Assembly: GCA_008632985.1 (NCBI GenBank) | Contig: QPGO01000306.1 | Coordinates: forward strand, 1-63,969 | From: Psammoneis japonica | Lineage: Eukaryota | Direction: 5' to 3' | Length of the DNA: 63,969 nt | Part shown: positions 57,551 through 63,969 of the stretch, piece after piece | How the letters are laid out: each line of letters starts with the position of its first letter | How positions within the stretch are numbered: the first letter of the stretch is position 1 | The notes under the pieces: generated by a model | Told to the model about the DNA's origin: nothing | The model's input: the letters and a program-made list of their open reading frames with translations, nothing else | The model's database searches: none | Position numbers and translations under genes: made by a program

Positions 57551-58717
57551 TCAACGCTGTATGGCGCGGTATCCGCCGGGTCCAGCCTTCAGACAGTATC
57601 TCCTGTACAGATCGCCACTATCCCTCGCCACTTCCACATTCGACTTGTCGTCATTTCCCGGCTTACTTTCGATTCCGTGCCTCAATTGAAACCACCTTTC
57701 ATGAAAGGTCAAACAAGACGAATCATGTTTCGTCTCGTTCTGAACGTTCCCACAGTTCCAAGGCAATGGGCAGGCATTCTTCATAGCAACAATTCTGCCA
57801 AACGTCAGGTCACAGATGGATCCACAAGTCGTCCACGAGGAGAAGTGTTCACCACGAGTATCTTTGTTATCGGCCAACGTGTGGTTGGAGCAAGCTTTCA
57901 AAATGTCTTGGACGAGAGCATTCTTAGCTGCTTCACTGGGCCGATGAACGCTAATTGAGCCCGAGACCATGTCGTCAAATGTTGTCGGCTGCTTTGCTTC
58001 TGAGGCCCTTTTAGGGGACTGGTTCTGCGTGTAGTTAAAAGTCGTAGGAAGTAGTACCAGAGATGGCAGTGGCACGCTCGCAACAACGTCCACTCCAACA
58101 AGCTGAGTTGAATACAATGGTATCCTAACCTTCTCAGAAAGGCAAGAATCAGATTCGTATTTCTCCAATAAGTTTGGGAGTCGAATGGCCTCTCGATCCA
58201 CTGTCCTGTATCCTATTGTTCTAAGCGTTGAACCACACTCGGCAACAAGGTGACCTGACAATATGGCATGGAGCTGAATTATTTCTCGATTCTTAAGTTG
58301 CATCGAAATGGAGTGCTGCAAAACAGCCGCCGCATCAATCCAGTGTGCATCACAGCTCGTGATATCCACGACAAACACAACTGTCTGCTGCTTGACAGGC
58401 GGTTTCTTCTTGTCTTGTTTCGGACTGCCCAGTCTGCTCATGCCATGATGGGGGGGCGCTGCTGGTATCGCCGGTTCCAATTTTTCGCGGCTACTTGGAA
58501 AGACAAAACGAAACAACCCGACCGACATTTGCCGTCCAAACAAACCAAGAGGTGGATCGTCGTACTCGTCTCCATAGGTCTCTTGATGAGAAAAATGGTC
58601 ATATAAATGATTCTGATGGTAATCGAAACTCTGCATGCGTTGCCACGCCAAAATCACAAGCAACGCTGCGGAAATCACTAGCGTGTTTTGTACGTATCGT
58701 AAAATGACACGAATCAT
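57551..58717 (-). CDS. Type II membrane protein, divergent glycosyltransferase (GT8-like)
   Basis: N-terminal TM, DAAAVLQHSI, PWNC..HERWFQLR. Family assignment tentative. Confidence 0.55.
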   Translation of the reverse strand: MIRVILRYVQNTLVISAALLVILAWQRMQSFDYHQNHLYDHFSHQETYGDEYDDPPLGLFGRQMSVGLFRFVFPSSREKLEPAIPAAPPHHGMSRLGSPKQDKKKPPVKQQTVVFVVDITSCDAHWIDAAAVLQHSISMQLKNREIIQLHAILSGHLVAECGSTLRTIGYRTVDREAIRLPNLLEKYESDSCLSEKVRIPLYSTQLVGVDVVASVPLPSLVLLPTTFNYTQNQSPKRASEAKQPTTFDDMVSGSISVHRPSEAAKNALVQDILKACSNHTLADNKDTRGEHFSSWTTCGSICDLTFGRIVAMKNACPLPWNCGNVQNETKHDSSCLTFHERWFQLRHGIESKPGNDDKSNVEVARDSGDLYRRYCLKAGPGGYRAIQR

Positions 58718-59251
58718 TTTCGTTTCGTTTGTAATACAAACTTATTGCCTCTCTTTGAAACTACGGTAGGTGATTCTGATTGTGTTAGTAGAAGTAGCAA
58801 CATCAGCCTCGCTTGGTGGGGTTGCGGGTTCTGGTTTCGGCGGAACGCGGAACATTGAGCGAAAGAAAAGGCGGGAAAGACAAAAAAGGACTTGATTATT
58901 CCGATTTTTTTGGAGTTTTCATAGATATCAATGCTCTAATAATTATTACTATACTTTTACTGCCTTTAGCGATGAAGAAAAATATATATATATACATAAC
59001 GCATTAGCATGTATGCTTTTTATGATTAGTCTGTCTGTAGTACGCGGACCATTTGTCACGCTGACAAAAAACACACACACCAAAAATAAATCTTGCACGC
59101 TCTGCTGGTTGTCTTGGACCGGTTGTCTTTGTGTTGTGGTTGCAGCGGCTGTCGTCCGTCTCGAAGTAAAGGCTTACGGTGTGAAAGAGGAGGAGAAGGG
59201 CGCCGCTTGGGTAGAGAAAGAGGTCTATAAAGCCACCCTCACGTTAAAAAG

Positions 59252-61821
59252 ATGGCTGGCAACATGGAATCGATGCTTATGGGAGGGTCGGACGATTCCT
59301 CGTCTGACGATAGCGACAATGAGCTTCAGGAGGTGACTGCCGGCACGGCTGCGTCTGCTGTTGCTGCCGCGGTTGTACCACCACCCGTTGCACCCCCTGC
59401 TCCTGCGCCTGCTGCTCCTCCTCCTATTCCAGCTCCGACCGGTCCGAAAACTCAATCAGATCTAAGTGCTCGCTTAAAGTCGCTCTATTCTCCAGCCAAC
59501 AAAGCAACACCAACTGCGGGACGAACGGTAGCACCTGCCCAGGCTGCCAATATGCCTGCTGTCCCAAACATCACTTCGCCACCCTCTCGTGCTCAAAGTG
59601 GAAGTTCTCATGGACAGCAACAGCAGATACCACAGCAAACACAGCAACTGTCATCGCCACAACAGCAGGCAGCAAACGCTTTTCGTCCGCTCGTTCCCAA
59701 CGCTTCTGCAAAGCCCCATCCACCCAAGCCAAAGGCTGTTCCTCGACAGTCGGATCCCTTTGAACCAACACCTTTAAGGAAAATGATTGAACGAGAACAA
59801 CAAGCGAAAGCTACTCCGCCCGCCGCCATGCCGGTATCAACGGCAGCACCGACACAGCACAACATGGCTTCCACAACCGCCATGCCGGTAGCCAACAATC
59901 GCGTCGCTCCTTCTGGAATCAAAGTTTCGGGTCTTCCTATTCACAGTTCCGGTTCTACAGCAAGCACAAGTAGCAGTGTCAGTACGGTTCGAGCATCCAA
60001 TGTCACGGCGTCACGGGGCGGCACTAGTAGTAGTCGACAAGAGATGGATGCCAAGCGCCGCAAGGAAAAGTTTTTAATGTTTACGCGCGTCTTGATGAAG
60101 TATCTCGAACAAAAGGATCCTCCCATGCACGCACGGGCCAAGTCGGTCATTCGAGAGTGTGCGGAAAAGAACAAGGCCAAGGAAGCGGGCTATGAGAGTG
60201 TGACGGCGAGTATGCAAACGCGGCTGCGTGTGACTGTGGGTGATCAGTATTGGAAGCGAGCGGAGAATTATCTGAATCACTTTTTGACTCAAAAGAAATC
60301 AAAGNNNNNNNNNNNNNNNNNNNNNNNNNNNNNNNNNNNNNNNNNNNNNNNNNNNNNNNNNNNNNNNNNNNNNNNNNNNNNNNNNNNNNNNNNNNNNNNN
60401 NNNNNNNNNNNNNNNNNNNNNNNNNNNNNNNNNNNNNNNNNNNNNNNNNNNNNNNNNNNNNNNNNNNNNNNNNNNNNNNNNNNNNNNNNNNNNNNNNNNN
60501 NNNNNNNNNNNNNNNNNNNNNNNNNNNNNNNNNNNNNNNNNNNNNNNNNNNNNNNNNNNNNNNNNNNNNNNNNNNNNNNNNNNNNNNNNNNNNNNNNNNN
60601 NNNNNNNNNNNNNNNNNNNNNNNNNNNNNNNNNNNNNNNNNNNNNNNNNNNNNNNNNNNNNNNNNNNNNNNNNNNNNNNNNNNNNNNNNNNNNNNNNNNN
60701 NNNNNNNNNNNNNNNNNNNNNNNNNNNNNNNNNNNNNNNNNNNNNNNNNNNNNNNNNNNNNNNNNNNNNNNNNNNNNNNNNNNNNNNNNNNNNNNNNNNN
60801 NNNNNNNNNNNNNNNNNNNNNNNNNNNNNNNNNNNNNNNNNNNNNNNNNNNNNNNNNNNNNNNNNNNNNNNNNNNNNNNAGCACAGCCTCCGACTCCGGG
60901 GTACAGGCTGCGAACATGGTGGCCCCTACGCCTGCTGGAACATCAACCTTGCCACCGTCGCTTCGCGGTTGGGGCAAACGCAACGTTCTTTCGTCGAGAT
61001 CTGCTTGGGCACGAGTCCGTCTTCGAGAATTGCAAGAACAGAAACTAGCAGTCACTGCGAATGGTCAGCCTGTGGTTGCTGGATTTACCCTTCCAGGAAG
61101 CGCCAAACCTGTGCCACCGGCCCCACCTGTAGCAGTTCCTCCTGTACCGCCTGGTCCACCTCTTGTTGCTGCACCGGCTGCTCCAGCTCAGGTCCAGGCG
61201 CCCGCTCCCACTGCGGCATGGTTCAACGAGGAAAAGGCAGAAGAAGACAAGACTCTTGCCATGCTGAGTGAAGCGACCGATATTTACTTGAAATCGATGT
61301 TGGAGAAGGCGATTCATTCGGCTCGGCAGCGTGAGAATTTGGACGGAATTCGTTTGTGGCATTTACAGCACAACACAATGCAGAAACCTCCTCTTGCGCT
61401 GCGGCTAGGCTGTGATGTGAAGCGTCAGGTAGCGCAGGCTGCAGGGAATGCTGCTAAAACGACGCAACGAATGGAAGAAGCGCTGGAACGGCAAAAGGGA
61501 ATTCCAGCCAAAGCCAGAGCATTGGATAGTGACGAAACGTTGTATGAAGCTTCGAGTATGGCCGACCTCGCCTTGAGACCCATGCTGGCAAAAGCTGCTC
61601 CTGAGGCTGACCTTAATGCCAAGAGGAGCTATGAAGTATATGGGGGAAAGGATAGCGGCGCTCCTCCGTTTGGGCGAGTTCCAAAGAAAGTCAAGATTGA
61701 GGTTAAAGATTTTCAATTTGGCTTGGAGAACTCTTGGTCCTCACCAACGGACGGACATTGCTGCTTCGTCCTTTATTTAGTTGAGAATCTGGGTTTCGAC
61801 TTGAGAAGTCATTACATTTAA
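59252..61821 (+). CDS. TAF4-like transcription factor spanning an assembly gap
   Basis: Pro/Gln-rich N-terminus, helical RST-like segment FLMFTRVLMKYLEQKD, histone-fold-like MLSEATDIYLKSMLEKAIHSARQR. Join across the Ns is inferred. Confidence 0.6.
60305..60879. other. Assembly gap (N run)
   Basis: 575 N. Confidence 1.
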
Positions 61822-61882
61822 GAATTGTATAATTATAGGGAAAGTTAATCCCCTTCTTCATTGCCAGATTGTGTGCAAATAG

Positions 61883-63532
61883 TTACAAGGGTGGCATTGA
61901 TTTTGACGACAAGCGACCGCTTATCATTGACTCATCGTTACTGCTGACTTTCTCTCCAGTCCACCTGGCCAATCGCTGTGTCTGAACTCCATGAAGTGCG
62001 CAAAGTGAAATGAGCCGTTCCCTCAAATCATGTGTTTCCTTCGCTGCACGCGGTTGTCGTCGCTTGGTGGCCGTTATCATTACATTCTTACTCGTGTGCT
62101 CCCCGCCAATAAACTCAAACACTTGAACATTGTAGCCTGCAATTTCCAATAGCAAGGCTCGAATGGAATCCGTCGCCGTTTCAGCGGCTCGTTCGCGGTA
62201 AATGTTGTGACGAAGAATGTCCGCTAGTGGATGATCCTTGCCCATCTTGACAACGTAGGGATCCAATTGCTTTCTCACTTCCTTGTGGCAGCATGGTGCA
62301 ACAACAATCACATTTGCACGACCCCGAATCCCAGTCCACAAGGCATCGTCTGTAGCAGTATCACAAGCGTGCAACGCAATCAACACATCTAGTGAATCTT
62401 TGTCATGCTGGTCACTTTCTCTTGACAATAGACTTTCGATTGTTCCTTCTTCAAACTGCAGCCCCGCAAAATCAGGTCCGAGAGAACGAGCAATTGCGGT
62501 GATTTCGTTGATGAGCTTTGGGCGCATATCGATACCGCGAGACTGAACCACTGGTCCATGAATCTTTTCGAGAAACGAGTGCAACGAAAAGGTAAGATAG
62601 CCGCGTCCGCAACCCATGTCGACAACCGAAATGTTGGTTACGTTTTCGTCATTGGATAGAGAAGATTCCACGAGACCTCCCACGATTTCTACAAACTTTT
62701 GGCATTGTCGCAACTTGGACGACATGCCCGGGCGTGGCTTTCCATCGGCTTTGGACAGACCAAGTGCCTGCAGAAATGGCGCATCGGAAGGAAGTGGGAC
62801 CTGCTTTGTGCGATCATGAGCTGTCGGAGACGCGACTGCCCGATTGTTTCCGATGGACCGCCGTTTCCAAAGTTTGGGTTTCTTTCGTTTCAGGTCCATT
62901 TCCCACGTGCTATCGGTGCTAACGAGCTCACCGCGATGAATGCCCAATTCCGATCCGACAGGATTAAGGCCCCGTTCTCTCCACTCGGACATCACCACGC
63001 TCTCGTCACTGGATGAAGGCAGTAACAACGAATGCAGTCCCTTTTCAACTTCATCAACTCTCCAATTCTTTGCCACATCTGTTGCCCCATGATACTTGAT
63101 GGTAATCTGCAGAAACGTTGTGTCTTGCTTTGCTTGTTTCTTGCTGTTGTTCAGAACAATCATGCGTCCCTGTACTTGTCGTATACAACCTCGTAATCGA
63201 CCCTTATCGCCCTTGTGCTTGCCTTTCTTTGGAACTGACGGCCCTCGTAAATTGAAGGACACAAAGGATTCTTTCTGAACCGATTGTGTGATGTGCTTGA
63301 TAAAGTCACGGACAGTTGCAGTTACTTGAGGTGATGCGGAGGACGTAGATATCGATGAAGTTGATGAACTATCCTCTGATACAGATGACGAGAAGAGAAT
63401 TGATGCAGAGTTTGTCTCGTGCCATCTCAACTTCGTTGTTCTGGTTGAAGGGCGTGTGCCTTGGAAACCGCATACCAAGCTCATCATGATGAATGAGAAT
63501 GAAGCCAACATCATTCTGGAGCAAAATTTCAT
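61883..63532 (-). CDS. SAM-dependent methyltransferase (Methyltransf_32-like), likely organelle-targeted
   Basis: VVDMGCGRGYLTF, LHACDTATD, APCCH, EHTSKN; signal peptide plus Ser-rich transit-like region. Confidence 0.88.
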   Translation of the reverse strand: MKFCSRMMLASFSFIMMSLVCGFQGTRPSTRTTKLRWHETNSASILFSSSVSEDSSSTSSISTSSASPQVTATVRDFIKHITQSVQKESFVSFNLRGPSVPKKGKHKGDKGRLRGCIRQVQGRMIVLNNSKKQAKQDTTFLQITIKYHGATDVAKNWRVDEVEKGLHSLLLPSSSDESVVMSEWRERGLNPVGSELGIHRGELVSTDSTWEMDLKRKKPKLWKRRSIGNNRAVASPTAHDRTKQVPLPSDAPFLQALGLSKADGKPRPGMSSKLRQCQKFVEIVGGLVESSLSNDENVTNISVVDMGCGRGYLTFSLHSFLEKIHGPVVQSRGIDMRPKLINEITAIARSLGPDFAGLQFEEGTIESLLSRESDQHDKDSLDVLIALHACDTATDDALWTGIRGRANVIVVAPCCHKEVRKQLDPYVVKMGKDHPLADILRHNIYRERAAETATDSIRALLLEIAGYNVQVFEFIGGEHTSKNVMITATKRRQPRAAKETHDLRERLISLCALHGVQTQRLARWTGEKVSSNDESMISGRLSSKSMPPL

Positions 63533-63969
63533 ACTGACAATTAAGTCGCCTCTCTAGCCGCGTCTAATACATCCTAAAGGGCGCCGCCCAACTCATCCAT
63601 CATAAGTATCGCCGCCATGGCCGTCCATGCCGCCATCTATCGGCATCACAGTCTCACTTGGGGTTTACCATAGGCTGATGTGCTGTTCGCACGGAATGGA
63701 TGGATGGACGGACGCGGACGCGCGGACGGACGTACGCGGAACTCGAATCATCGAGTGATCGTGAGTGCGTGATAGACTCCTCCAACTCTAGGGCCCTAGC
63801 TACTACTAGTAGCTAGAGCTAGAGTAGAGAGTAGTCTACGAGCGGAAGCTACCATAAAGTGCCGATAAGAAATCAAAAGGGACAGTCGTAGCTCTCTAGT
63901 ATTTTATCTTCTAAGCATGTGCTTCACGTTTGGCTGTAGCTAGAAAACATTTTGCTGGAGAGAGAGAGA

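Noticed and set aside
60147..61055. ORFs spanning X runs
   Set aside because: Artefacts of the N gap.

Overview
Eukaryotic nuclear DNA, most likely a diatom (CoDi-type Copia, Ambal-type LINE, short GT-AG introns, diatom-type gene families). The left end holds two tandem LRR-Roc GTPase genes, one complete with COR and TIR domains. A transposon-rich region follows: a decayed LINE, a Copia remnant inside an RPF1 pseudogene, two near-identical 4.9-kb Ty3/Gypsy copies (one splitting an NMNAT-like gene), a non-autonomous TIR element and two decayed blocks. Ordinary host genes are interspersed (MATE, vacuolar sorting receptor, COX-like peroxidase, adenylate kinase, PDK-like kinase, TAF4-like, methyltransferase). 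The most striking signal is repeat-restricted TpA->TpG/CpA hypermutation on both strands, acting after insertion. Every difference among the four 291-bp Gypsy LTRs lies at an ancestral TpA while their CpGs are intact, conserved Tyr codons become Cys/His, and old repeats are almost TpA-free. This looks like a RIP-like genome-defence process of opposite polarity to fungal RIP. All counts are manual and no database search was run.
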